Shown one piece after another: positions 17,098-25,998 of a stretch of 44,189 nucleotides of DNA. Origin of the DNA: Escherichia phage JohannBuxtorf_Bas84. Position 1 is the stretch's first letter. Every line of letters starts with the position of its first letter. Made by a program: the position numbers and the translations under genes. The stretch is from sequence record PQ850611.1; one strand, 5' to 3'. Under the pieces are notes generated by a model. That model was not told where the DNA came from. It worked only from the letters and a program-made list of their open reading frames with translations, and ran no database searches.

Positions 17098-20000
17098 CGA
17101 TTGTCTATGACGTCACAGGCCATAAAGGCGGCGGTGGCAAACAGCACACCCCACAGGAGACACCCGATAGCCTGCATTCGCTGGCTAAAATCCGCATCTT
17201 GCTTGCGCTGGGAGAAGGTGAGTTCGAAGGTATTCCAGACCCTAACGAATTACGGCGGCGCGTATATCTGGACGGAACACCGATCCAGAATGCAGACCTG
17301 TCTGAAAACTTCCCAGGCGCGCGTGTGGAGTTCCGCCCCGGAACACAGCACCAGGATGTGATCCACGGATTTTCAGCGGTGGAAAGTGAGCAATCTGTCG
17401 GCGTAAAACTGGAAAACGGCACGCCGTGGGTGCGCCAGATTAACGACACCAGTTTGGACGCCGTGCGCATTCGCATCGGCATTCCGGCCCTGTACACAAA
17501 CGAAGATAATGGCGACCTGGTGGGCGGGCGCATCGACTATAAGATCGTTGTGTATACGGATAACGCGGACCCGCGTGAGTTCAGATTCGCCGCCGTTGGT
17601 AAAACAATGTCGCTGTATGAGCGCGACCACCGCATCGAATTACCTCCGAACGTTAACACCGGCTGGCGCGTGGAGGTGCACCGCATAACGGCAGACTCCA
17701 CATCGGCGAAAGTGGTTAATGATATCCAGGTGCAATCCATCACTGAGATTATTGACGCCCGCCTGCGTTACCCGCTAACCGCGCTGTTGTTCGTGGAGTT
17801 CGACGCTAAAGCGTTCCAGAACATCCCGCGCGTGTCCATTAAGTGCAAAGGTCGCAAGGTGTTGATCCCGAACAACTACGACCCGATTAACCATACCTAT
17901 TCGGGCGACTGGGACGGCACGTTTAAACGCGCATGGACGGATAACCCAGCGTGGCACTGGTACGATATTTGTATTACTGAGCGCTTCGGCCTCGGGCGTA
18001 GGATCAAGCCGCAAATGCTGAACCGGTACGCGCTATACCAGATTGCGCAGCGCTGCGACCAGATGGTAAGCGACGGCAACGGCGGGCAGGAAATCCGATT
18101 TAAGAATGATATGTACATCCAGTCGCAGACCGACGCCTGGACCGTGCTTAAGGATCTAGCTGCCATCTTTGCCGGTATGACCTGGTGGGGAAACCAGATG
18201 TTGAATATCGTAAGCGACCAGCCGGTCGCAGCGGTATCGCACACTATCACCAACGCCTCGGTTATTGATGGTAGATTCGACTACGCATCGGGTAGCCAGA
18301 AAACTCGCTATTCCACGTTCGCGGTAGCATACGGCAACCCGAAGAACCACTACGAAGACGCCATCGCAACGGGCCAGCGTGTCGAACTGGTGCGCCGCCA
18401 TAAAATCAACCGCCTTGATATTACGGCGATCGGCTGTACGCGTGAATCAGAAGCGCAACGCCGCGGTCACTGGGCGCTAATCTCCAACCAGCTTGACCAG
18501 CAAGTTAGCTTTAAGGTTGGCATGGAGGGACTTTTCTTTATTCCGGGTAGCGTAGTCGCGATCGCGGATACAAACATTTCTGGCGGCTTCGAGACTCGCG
18601 GCGGTCGCCTGTTGTCGGATCCTGGCACGCGGACGGTGCTGAACACAGACAGCGAAATCACGTTCCGCCCTGGCGATAAATTCCTGGTACGCACCGATAG
18701 CGGTAATGTGGAGACTCGCGAGATCGCCAGCGTCAACGGCAACAAGGTTACGCTAAAAACCGCACTGGATGCCGACCCGATTCCGGACCAGCCGTTTTGC
18801 GTTGATGGCGACGATATCCAGTTGCAGAAGTTCCGCATCACCGACCTGGAATATGACGACTCTACCAGCACTTTTTCAGTGCGCGGGATCGAGTACAACG
18901 ATAGCAAATACGATGCCGTTGATAATGGCGCTCGTCTTGACCCAGGCATCTTTACGCAAGTGCCTGACGGCGTAATGAAGGGGCCGGAGTCCGTGACCAT
19001 CACCCCGTCGCAGATTTCATCGCAAGGCCAGCTAATCACCAACGTGGATATTGTTTTCCCGCCGGTGAAGGATGCCGTTGTATATGAAATCCAGTGGCGG
19101 CGTACCAGCCTGCAGAATATGGAAATCCAGTGGGGTAACGACTGGGTGAACATCCCCCGCACGGCATCGAACGGTGCGCACATCCCGAACGTGTTTTCCG
19201 GAAACTATCAGGCGCGCGTTCGCGCAATCGGTATGGGCGAAATTTCATCCCCGTGGGTGTCGTCTGCCATCACGCCGATCGAAGGTCGTCTCGGTGGGCT
19301 TAACGCGCCTATCATCACAAACGCTATTCCGGGCCTCCACCAAATTTTGTGGAAGTGGAACCACAACAACGCCGCGACGGATATCTCTTACACCGAGCTT
19401 GAAGTGCGCAAGCGGGGTGAAACGGAATGGAAGTTCTTGACCAACGTCCCATATCCGGGGTCGGACTATGCGCAAACGTCGCTGGAGTTCGGGATCTACC
19501 AGCAGTTGCGCGCCCGCGTAGCGGATAAAATCGGCAACCTGTCGGACTGGTCCGCCCCGTTTGAAGGCCAGGTGAGTGACAAAGTTGACGAGTACATGAA
19601 GGGGTTGGACGACGAGTTCTTGACTTCCGAGGACGGTAAACGCTTCCAGGAAGCGATCGACACCATGCCGCAAGGCATTTATGAAGCCATGCTCACAGAC
19701 GCGCAGCAATTGTTTAACGCCCGCGCCGAGTACCAGGGGATTTACGCAGAAATCAAGGTGGCGTATAACGTGGCTGCGGATGCCCACAAGGCGGTAGCGC
19801 AACTTGAGACGTTGATCGGCACGCGCCTTGACGATGCGGAAGCGGCGATCCACACGTTGCAGACCGCGCAAAGCACGCACGAACAAGCGTTCGCCCAGTA
19901 CCAACAAACTGTTGCCGCTAAGTTCGGGGAGCAGGAAGCTGCCATCCAGCAGGTACAAACGGCAACGGCAGACGTAGCGGGCGCGCTGGCGGAGTACAAG

Positions 20001-20540
20001 ACCCAAGTAGCGGCGCAGTTCGGGCAGCAGTCCGCAGCTATCGAGCAGAAGATGACGTCTTCGTTTAACCATACTGGCGGTAGTGCCACATACAGCCTTA
20101 AGGCTGGCGTGACGTATAACGGGACTTACTATGATGCCGGTATGCAGCTTTCAGTTGTGGCGGAAGGTGGCGCGGTTAAATCCCGCATCGCGTTCAAGGC
20201 GGACCAGTTCTACATCATGCACCCGTCGAATGGGTCGCTTTCGTCCGCGTTTATCGTCGACGGCGGGCAGGTGTACATCGACACGGCACGTATCAAGAAC
20301 GCGTCAATCAACTTCGCACAGATCACGGACACGCTGCAATCGAATAACTGGAATCCGGGTAGCAGCGGCTGGCGTATCGCGAAGGATGGCGGGGCGGAGT
20401 TCAACAACGTAACGGTACGCGGCAACCTGTTCGCGACCACGGGTAACTTCGGATTCTCCGGCGGGTCGGTACAGATCGACGCAACCGGCATTAACGTGCC
20501 ATTACCTGGAGGGGGTAGGGTGAAAGTTGGGACGTGGTAA
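17094..20540 (+). CDS. tail tip / host specificity protein (lambda gpJ-like)
   Basis: 1148 aa; ATGA overlap with gpI-like gene; size, position and C-terminal Ala/Gln-rich repeats consistent with J-like central tail fibre. Confidence 0.8.
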   Translation: MTIVYDVTGHKGGGGKQHTPQETPDSLHSLAKIRILLALGEGEFEGIPDPNELRRRVYLDGTPIQNADLSENFPGARVEFRPGTQHQDVIHGFSAVESEQSVGVKLENGTPWVRQINDTSLDAVRIRIGIPALYTNEDNGDLVGGRIDYKIVVYTDNADPREFRFAAVGKTMSLYERDHRIELPPNVNTGWRVEVHRITADSTSAKVVNDIQVQSITEIIDARLRYPLTALLFVEFDAKAFQNIPRVSIKCKGRKVLIPNNYDPINHTYSGDWDGTFKRAWTDNPAWHWYDICITERFGLGRRIKPQMLNRYALYQIAQRCDQMVSDGNGGQEIRFKNDMYIQSQTDAWTVLKDLAAIFAGMTWWGNQMLNIVSDQPVAAVSHTITNASVIDGRFDYASGSQKTRYSTFAVAYGNPKNHYEDAIATGQRVELVRRHKINRLDITAIGCTRESEAQRRGHWALISNQLDQQVSFKVGMEGLFFIPGSVVAIADTNISGGFETRGGRLLSDPGTRTVLNTDSEITFRPGDKFLVRTDSGNVETREIASVNGNKVTLKTALDADPIPDQPFCVDGDDIQLQKFRITDLEYDDSTSTFSVRGIEYNDSKYDAVDNGARLDPGIFTQVPDGVMKGPESVTITPSQISSQGQLITNVDIVFPPVKDAVVYEIQWRRTSLQNMEIQWGNDWVNIPRTASNGAHIPNVFSGNYQARVRAIGMGEISSPWVSSAITPIEGRLGGLNAPIITNAIPGLHQILWKWNHNNAATDISYTELEVRKRGETEWKFLTNVPYPGSDYAQTSLEFGIYQQLRARVADKIGNLSDWSAPFEGQVSDKVDEYMKGLDDEFLTSEDGKRFQEAIDTMPQGIYEAMLTDAQQLFNARAEYQGIYAEIKVAYNVAADAHKAVAQLETLIGTRLDDAEAAIHTLQTAQSTHEQAFAQYQQTVAAKFGEQEAAIQQVQTATADVAGALAEYKTQVAAQFGQQSAAIEQKMTSSFNHTGGSATYSLKAGVTYNGTYYDAGMQLSVVAEGGAVKSRIAFKADQFYIMHPSNGSLSSAFIVDGGQVYIDTARIKNASINFAQITDTLQSNNWNPGSSGWRIAKDGGAEFNNVTVRGNLFATTGNFGFSGGSVQIDATGINVPLPGGGRVKVGTW

Positions 20541-20545
20541 ATGCG

Positions 20546-20567
20546 AAGGGGCCATCCGGCCCCTTTT
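20546..20567. terminator. bidirectional terminator between convergent J-like gene and minus-strand gene
   Basis: stem ggggcc/ggcccc, 4-nt loop, T4 on plus strand; stop codon of minus gene overlaps the T tract. Confidence 0.65.
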
Positions 20568-21531
20568 AATAGATGTTAGGAATGACGAGTAACGGGGTGG
20601 GTACTGCAATATTTTTACCCGGCATTTGGAATTGTTGCCGTGAGTAGTTGCCAATGACGCGGTTTTTAGCGATGCGCACATTATTGCCCGCCATTCGTAT
20701 ACCGTTCATGCGTACGTGGTTATAGCCGCCGTTGTTCTCAATGAGCGCGCCGGTGTATGAAAGTTGGATCAGGCTGTTGCCAATGTACTGATCGCCGCCG
20801 CCGATATTAATAAGGCGGTCATAAACAAACGGCTTATTCACCGTTGAGAACGTGACCTGACCCTGGTTGTTTGTCATGGTGATGCCGTTCCCAGGGGTGG
20901 GAGGCGTATTGTTGAATATAACCAGGTCCATTTCAACAGCCGCGCCTACGTCGTCAATCCCGCCATAGGACGCATTACGGACGATAATACTTCCGCCATC
21001 GAAGCCGACAGAAACGTTTCCGTCGTCCCAGCGCGCGAACGGGACGCCGCTTACTGGTAACGGCATACTTCCGTTCACCCACACGCGCTGCGCATATTGG
21101 CAGGTCATCAGCCTGGATACGTTCGATATCGCGGTGAAGTCCGTCGAGTTCGCCACCAGTAAGCCCGCGTTGCGCGAACCTACCGGCAGCACTTCCATAA
21201 TCACCCCGCCCCATGATGGAAGCCCGCTATATGCGTTATACGCGTCCTCACCGCGCAAGGTGATTCCGCTATCCCCGTTACGCTGTATTGACGTTATGTA
21301 AAACGGATCTGGCAAGACCAGTGTCTGGTCGAAGACTTCCATCACTTCAACGGGACTTGTGAGCGCGACGACCAGATCTGACCCCGGCGTTAGCGGAGTG
21401 TTAATAGTTAGCGTCTTATCAGACTGGCAGCGCTGATAGAATGATGTACAGAATGACGGCGCGCGTAGCCCGGCGGTTATCTCCATAACCGGACGCCCGT
21501 CGTTGTAGTCGATTAATATTCCAGCGCCCAT
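20566..21531 (-). CDS. hypothetical Gly/Asn-rich protein co-transcribed with lipoprotein (alternative GTG start 21540)
   Basis: ~321 aa; ATG 3 nt after stop of upstream lipoprotein gene; no plus-strand ORF in this interval; repeated G-x-N/V-rich segments suggest beta-rich fold. Confidence 0.55.
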   Translation of the reverse strand: MGAGILIDYNDGRPVMEITAGLRAPSFCTSFYQRCQSDKTLTINTPLTPGSDLVVALTSPVEVMEVFDQTLVLPDPFYITSIQRNGDSGITLRGEDAYNAYSGLPSWGGVIMEVLPVGSRNAGLLVANSTDFTAISNVSRLMTCQYAQRVWVNGSMPLPVSGVPFARWDDGNVSVGFDGGSIIVRNASYGGIDDVGAAVEMDLVIFNNTPPTPGNGITMTNNQGQVTFSTVNKPFVYDRLINIGGGDQYIGNSLIQLSYTGALIENNGGYNHVRMNGIRMAGNNVRIAKNRVIGNYSRQQFQMPGKNIAVPTPLLVIPNIY

Positions 21532-21533
21532 TA

Positions 21534-21755
21534 TTACCACTCCCGTGATTTAACTGAAACAGTGCCGGAAAAATTGCCGTCACTATCGGCGGACAGACCA
21601 GTGAAGCGCATGTCCACATCCCCGGAAGGGACTTTTTGCCCGTCAACGTAACGCAACATGCAGCTACCGTACGCAACCGTAATGCAATCGCCGTTGTTGC
21701 GTTCCACAGCACAACCGGACAAAAGAACCACACAAATCATAATTAAAGTTTTCAT
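21534..21755 (-). CDS. small lipoprotein (candidate Cor/Llp-type superinfection exclusion protein)
   Basis: 73 aa from ATG with strong RBS AGGAGA; signal peptide MKTLIMICVVLLSGC with lipobox LSGC; minus-strand orientation inside tail module. Confidence 0.55.
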   Translation of the reverse strand: MKTLIMICVVLLSGCAVERNNGDCITVAYGSCMLRYVDGQKVPSGDVDMRFTGLSADSDGNFSGTVSVKSREW

Positions 21756-21835
21756 GGTATCATCTCCTATATTTGGTCGAGTTTTAGTATTACACCGCTC
21801 GATCAAGAATGCAACCAATTTACGAGGATTTAGCT

Positions 21836-23632
21836 ATGGCAGCGGGTACTCTATCCGTAACGAATAACAGCAAGGCGGTTGTAGGGGCCGGCACAACGTT
21901 TACCGCGTTTAACGCTGGCGACTTCTTAACGCTGGTGGTAGGACAAGTCCCCTACACCGTAGCTATCGCGTCCGTTGAAAGCGACACCGCTCTTACGCTG
22001 GTGCTGCCGTTCGACGGCCCGACGGCAACCGGCCTCGCGTGGGATGGCGTTAAGCGCGATACCATGTCACTGGCGACGATGGGCGTAACCGTCCAGGCAC
22101 AGAAAGCATTGCGCTTGATGATCGCAGATGAAAACAACTGGCGTGCAATCTTCGGCGACGCTGAAGAAATCACCGTGACGTTACCTAACGGGCAGGTTAT
22201 GCAGGGAATGTCATGGGGCTATCTGTCGCAGTTGATGAAACAGATCGACCCCGTTGAGATGCGCAACCTGCAACAACAAGCCGCCGCATCTGAAGCAGCA
22301 GCGCAGGGATACCGGAACGAGGCCGAAGGCTTCAAGACCGAGACGGCTGGGATTCGCGATGCCACCGATGCCATCAGGACGCAAACCGATCAGATTAAAT
22401 CTGATACGCAGGCCATAAAAGACCAGACCGATCAGATTAAATCTGATACGCAGGCCATAAAAGACCAGACCAACCAGATTAAGACGGATACCGGCGTTAT
22501 TCGCGACGAAGCCAATACCGCGAAGACGGACGCGCAATCCGCCCGCGATGCTGCGCTGGGATACCGGAACGAGGCCGAACAGTTCAAAAATGAGATCGAC
22601 CCGTCGAAACTTCTGGCAAAGGCCAACAACCTTAGCGACGTTGCCGACCCCGCGGCAGCGCGCGACCACTTAGGCATCGGGCCTGACGACACCCTTACAT
22701 TAGGGAACCTGGTAACAACAGGCAACATATCCACGACAGGCGGCATATCCGCGGGCCGCAACACGTGGGATGGGTCTAACTGGGGGAGCCAGGGACTTCT
22801 CGCCTCATTAGCGATCCTATCCCCGGACGGAAACTCAGCCCCAGGCTTATACGTGCGAAAATCCAACGGCGACAGCGGATATGCGGGGGAATGGTTGTAT
22901 TACGAGAACAGTATCAGTTGGGCTACTAACGCGCGTATTGCGGGCTTTCAGTTCCGGTCCCCTAAAGGCGCGATGGGGTATAGCCAGCTATGGTCAGAGG
23001 CTGTGGTGCGTGCGGACGACTTCACGGCACAGAATGGCACGGAAAACTATAAGTCGTTAATCGCAGGGGCCGCTGTGACGCAAGACATAGGATTCGCGGG
23101 CGGTGTCTCGTTCGGGATAATGACAACTGGCATAAACAACTGGCCCCGGGCGCAGATCTCGATCGGCACAGCAGACCGTGACGCCGCTGGGAATATGGCT
23201 TCGCAGATGCACATCCGCTTTAATGAATATGGGCAGATTTCATACGTAGGGCCACTGGGGGCGGGGTCGTTCCAGCAAGTACCTGCGTCGGATCGCAACC
23301 TGAAGCATGACATTGCCGATGACGCAAGCAGCACCGCCTACGACAATATCAAGGCTTTGCGGTTCCGCACGTTCGTATACAACAACGATGAACAGGAACG
23401 GCAGCGTCGCGGTATTATTGCGCAGGAAGTGGAAGAAATCGACCCGCTGTATGTGAAGCACCGCGTGTATAACAATCACGAATTAAATGGGCCGCTGGTG
23501 CACCAGCTTGAACTGGATACGACGCCGCTGTTACTCGACACTATGCGAGCGTTGCAGGATACGATTAAGCAGGTGGAGGAGTTGAAGGCGGAGATCGCGG
23601 CGTTGAAGCAGGCGGAAGAGTTGAAGAAATAG
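21836..23632 (+). CDS. tail fibre protein with C-terminal intramolecular chaperone (peptidase S74-like) domain
   Basis: RBS GAGGA 7 nt upstream of ATG 21836; 14-residue repeats TDQIKSDTQAIKDQ; C-terminal segment NLKHDIADDASSTAYDNIKALRFRTFVYNNDEQERQRRGIIAQEVEEIDPLYV resembles auto-cleaving chaperone domains of phage fibres. Confidence 0.75.
   Translation: MAAGTLSVTNNSKAVVGAGTTFTAFNAGDFLTLVVGQVPYTVAIASVESDTALTLVLPFDGPTATGLAWDGVKRDTMSLATMGVTVQAQKALRLMIADENNWRAIFGDAEEITVTLPNGQVMQGMSWGYLSQLMKQIDPVEMRNLQQQAAASEAAAQGYRNEAEGFKTETAGIRDATDAIRTQTDQIKSDTQAIKDQTDQIKSDTQAIKDQTNQIKTDTGVIRDEANTAKTDAQSARDAALGYRNEAEQFKNEIDPSKLLAKANNLSDVADPAAARDHLGIGPDDTLTLGNLVTTGNISTTGGISAGRNTWDGSNWGSQGLLASLAILSPDGNSAPGLYVRKSNGDSGYAGEWLYYENSISWATNARIAGFQFRSPKGAMGYSQLWSEAVVRADDFTAQNGTENYKSLIAGAAVTQDIGFAGGVSFGIMTTGINNWPRAQISIGTADRDAAGNMASQMHIRFNEYGQISYVGPLGAGSFQQVPASDRNLKHDIADDASSTAYDNIKALRFRTFVYNNDEQERQRRGIIAQEVEEIDPLYVKHRVYNNHELNGPLVHQLELDTTPLLLDTMRALQDTIKQVEELKAEIAALKQAEELKK
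22385..22468 (+). repeat. perfect 42-bp tandem duplication inside tail fibre gene
   Basis: units 22385-22426 and 22427-22468 identical, followed by a degenerate third unit; encode TDQIKSDTQAIKDQ twice. Confidence 0.9.
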
Positions 23633-23636
23633 GAGA

Positions 23637-23657
23637 GGGGCCATACGGCCCCTTTTT
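23637..23657. terminator. bidirectional intrinsic terminator between tail fibre gene and minus-strand early block
   Basis: stem ggggcc/ggcccc with 4-nt loop and T5; flanked by convergent stops at 23632 and 23658. Confidence 0.75.
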
Positions 23658-24209
23658 CTAGTTTGAGTTTTCCCAGTCCATTTTGCGCCGCACCAGCGGG
23701 CTTTCGTAATATTCCTTTCCTTCCACTTCCGCCAAAGTCCAGTCGTTCACAATCACGTATGGCTCCGCGATATCCTCAATTACGCCGTGCGCGCTTTGCG
23801 GCCCTAACGACACACCAACCAGGATAACACCGGCAACGCGACGGGTCAGATATTCGCGAGCGCAACGTGCATCAACCAGCCCACGACGGATGCCGCTGGT
23901 GGCCTTAACCTCGTAGGTCCATACGGCATCGACCACATGCTCGCGGAAGTCGGGACCGGACTTAACCTTGCGTTTACCTACCATGATAATATCGCCGCGG
24001 TCTATGGTATTGGCGCTAAACAGGCCGGTACGCATCAGTAAGCCTTGCGGGATACAACTACGCCCGCCTGCAAACATTTCGCCCAGCACACCGACCAGTC
24101 GGCTTTGCTTGCACGCGTCAGACTTTAAGCGCCACTGGTCAAACTCGATGCTTGCTATCATTGCCGCCAGGTGGAATTGTTTACCAGATATTTCATATTC
24201 GCCGTACAT
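23658..24209 (-). CDS. hypothetical protein, possible PD-(D/E)XK-fold nuclease
   Basis: 183 aa, RBS GAGGA; segment GPDFREHVVDAVWTYEVKATSG fits a PD-x(n)-E-x-K pattern; last gene of the minus-strand block. Confidence 0.45.
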   Translation of the reverse strand: MYGEYEISGKQFHLAAMIASIEFDQWRLKSDACKQSRLVGVLGEMFAGGRSCIPQGLLMRTGLFSANTIDRGDIIMVGKRKVKSGPDFREHVVDAVWTYEVKATSGIRRGLVDARCAREYLTRRVAGVILVGVSLGPQSAHGVIEDIAEPYVIVNDWTLAEVEGKEYYESPLVRRKMDWENSN

Positions 24210-24250
24210 CGTGTGGTCCTCGTTGATGCGGGCCGAAGCCCGCGATTAAA

Positions 24251-24781
24251 TTATTTCAGTACGCCAGTCACCAGTGTTTTTTCCATGTTGCGGAAGTCTT
24301 CCGGCGTCATAAGTATTTTGGACCCATCTTCGCCGTGCAACGTAACCAGTGGTTTAGTTTTCACTAAAACACCCTCCGGCAGCTTCCACGCTTCGACAGT
24401 TTTCTTCACTGCTTCCCGGAAAGCGGTGGCAGCGATCTTGCCATCCAGCTTAACCGCTACGCCCTTCAGGCTGTCAAACTGTGCTGCCGTTGTGTCGATC
24501 TGGACCTCGTCGTGCACGGTGGCGTATGACTCACCCAGTAGAGCAGCATATGCCACTAAATCCACAATGTTATCTTCCTGGTGCTTACGGGTCTGGCGGA
24601 CCAGCTTCAGGCAAATCATGAAGACCCAGGCTTCTTGCTCGGTAAGGTCGCGACCGGTTAGCGCGTTGAATACGGCGGCAATCTGTTTCGCGCTGCGTTC
24701 TTCTTTGGTGTCATATCCATTTTCTTTTCCGCGCTGTTCCATAGTGGTGGCGGCGTTTTTGCAGTATTCGAATGCTTTCAT
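24251..24781 (-). CDS. hypothetical protein; N-terminal all-alpha module tentatively MazG-like nucleotide pyrophosphohydrolase
   Basis: 176 aa from ATG (MKAFEY...) with RBS AAGGAG; paired acidic motifs (KEERSAKQI, TEQEAW, HQEDNIVDL) reminiscent of MazG/HisE-type modules; assignment tentative. Confidence 0.45.
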   Translation of the reverse strand: MKAFEYCKNAATTMEQRGKENGYDTKEERSAKQIAAVFNALTGRDLTEQEAWVFMICLKLVRQTRKHQEDNIVDLVAYAALLGESYATVHDEVQIDTTAAQFDSLKGVAVKLDGKIAATAFREAVKKTVEAWKLPEGVLVKTKPLVTLHGEDGSKILMTPEDFRNMEKTLVTGVLK

Positions 24782-24843
24782 GGTTTGTCTCCTTTGAAGG
24801 GAGGCGGTATTGCCTCCCGATGTGGCTAATGTAATTGGTTGCA

Positions 24844-25314
24844 TTATTGGTTGCAAGTGAATTTTGCAAGATTCACTGAATAAATGTGCGGGACCAGTTC
24901 TTCGCACGCCCGTTTGATGGCGGCTATGTTCTTCGCGCAGTCGTCAATGATGACCAGTTCGTTAACATCTGCGTAGCACACCAGGCCAAATACGGAACGA
25001 GCTTTATATTCCGGCGGCGGGGTGTCATCCAGCATGTGGCGCAAGAACAGACGGCCTTTCGGGAATCGGTCTAATTGCTCTTTCGTTGTCTCCCAGCATT
25101 CAGACTGGCGGTTTGACAGGTACGCAATGTCGAAGCCCTGTTTAGCGTACATGCGCAATAACGGCAGCATGTCATAATTAATGTCTTCGCGGACGTGGGC
25201 CTTATGCCACTTCGCCCAAAACGTTGATTTAGTCTTGATCCCCGGAACTAGGTCGTCGCGCACACTGCTTGACCCGTTGATAACGCCATCTAAATCGCAA
25301 ATCAGTAGTTTCAT
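24844..25314 (-). CDS. HAD-superfamily phosphatase (5'-nucleotidase-like)
   Basis: 156 aa; N-terminal HAD motif I LICDLDGV; internal ...IIDD motif; ATGA coupling with upstream ORF. Confidence 0.6.
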   Translation of the reverse strand: MKLLICDLDGVINGSSSVRDDLVPGIKTKSTFWAKWHKAHVREDINYDMLPLLRMYAKQGFDIAYLSNRQSECWETTKEQLDRFPKGRLFLRHMLDDTPPPEYKARSVFGLVCYADVNELVIIDDCAKNIAAIKRACEELVPHIYSVNLAKFTCNQ

Positions 25315-25532
25315 TTTAATTCCGCCATTAAATTTTCACGTACAATACGGGCTGAGAATGCGTCGCACACAAGATGGCAACGCGCCGTCATAACAAGCCA
25401 GCCAGTTAGGTCAAGGCCCAGCAATTGATGAGGTTGGCTTGCGCGCCTTACTTTATTTCCAGGGAAAACCTGGTAGCGTTTAATTATTTCATCCACGACG
25501 CGAGGACTTCGATCGAAGACTAAGATATTCAT
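25311..25532 (-). CDS. small hypothetical protein
   Basis: 73 aa; RBS GAAGGTG; stop overlaps HAD start (ATGA); fills gap between Dam and HAD genes; overlaps Dam 3' end by ~44 nt so uncertain. Confidence 0.35.
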   Translation of the reverse strand: MNILVFDRSPRVVDEIIKRYQVFPGNKVRRASQPHQLLGLDLTGWLVMTARCHLVCDAFSARIVRENLMAELK

Positions 25533-25998
25533 TTAATTCACCTTCGCTCATTATTTCTATTTGTGCGCTGCCGTTTGGCGGCACTTCTTCAAAGATTATC
25601 AATTGCTGGCACTTGTTGTTACTCGGCCCGACGTTACCGGTGACGGCGTGTATAAACCGGATCCGCCAGTCCAGCAAAATAATCAGGTTGGCGGTTTGCC
25701 TTGCCAGTTTGGCCCACTTCGTGGTCGTATCCTGGTTGAGCAACATTACCGTCTTACGCCCCTGCGATGCGCAAGTCACCCACGGCAGCGGGTCGGAATA
25801 CGGCGGATTGCACCACTTCCACCCGGTTAACTCTGACCAGTCAGCATCAAGTGCGCTGTGCTCTTTCGTGAAGTAGCGCGGTAATAGATGGTTGTGGTCG
25901 CTCGCCGCCATGTCGTAGCGGAATTTAAACGCCTTGCGCAGTGGCTTAAATAAAGCGGGCGGCGTTCGCCAGCTATCCTTCTGCTCATTCTCCGTCAT
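25489..25998 (-). CDS. DNA N6-adenine methyltransferase (phage Dam family)
   Basis: 169 aa; motifs WRTPPALF, DMAAS and catalytic NPPYS characteristic of phage Dam-type N6-adenine MTases. Confidence 0.8.
   Translation of the reverse strand: MTENEQKDSWRTPPALFKPLRKAFKFRYDMAASDHNHLLPRYFTKEHSALDADWSELTGWKWCNPPYSDPLPWVTCASQGRKTVMLLNQDTTTKWAKLARQTANLIILLDWRIRFIHAVTGNVGPSNNKCQQLIIFEEVPPNGSAQIEIMSEGELNEYLSLRSKSSRRG

Noticed and set aside
19245-20072. 275-aa minus-strand ORF (and 18467-19183, 238 aa) inside the J-like tail gene
   Set aside because: Antisense to the 1148-aa tail tip gene; Arg/Leu-rich low-complexity translation; no independent signals.
21809-21835. Upstream ATG 21809 as start of the tail fibre gene
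   Set aside because: That ATG lies inside the TGCAACCAAT motif with no RBS; ATG 21836 has GAGGA 7 nt upstream and gives an N-terminus matching the 14362 protein.
24171-24797. 208-aa plus-strand ORF across the 24251-24781 gene
   Set aside because: Antisense to a minus-strand gene with strong RBS and operon context; Ser/Cys-rich composition.
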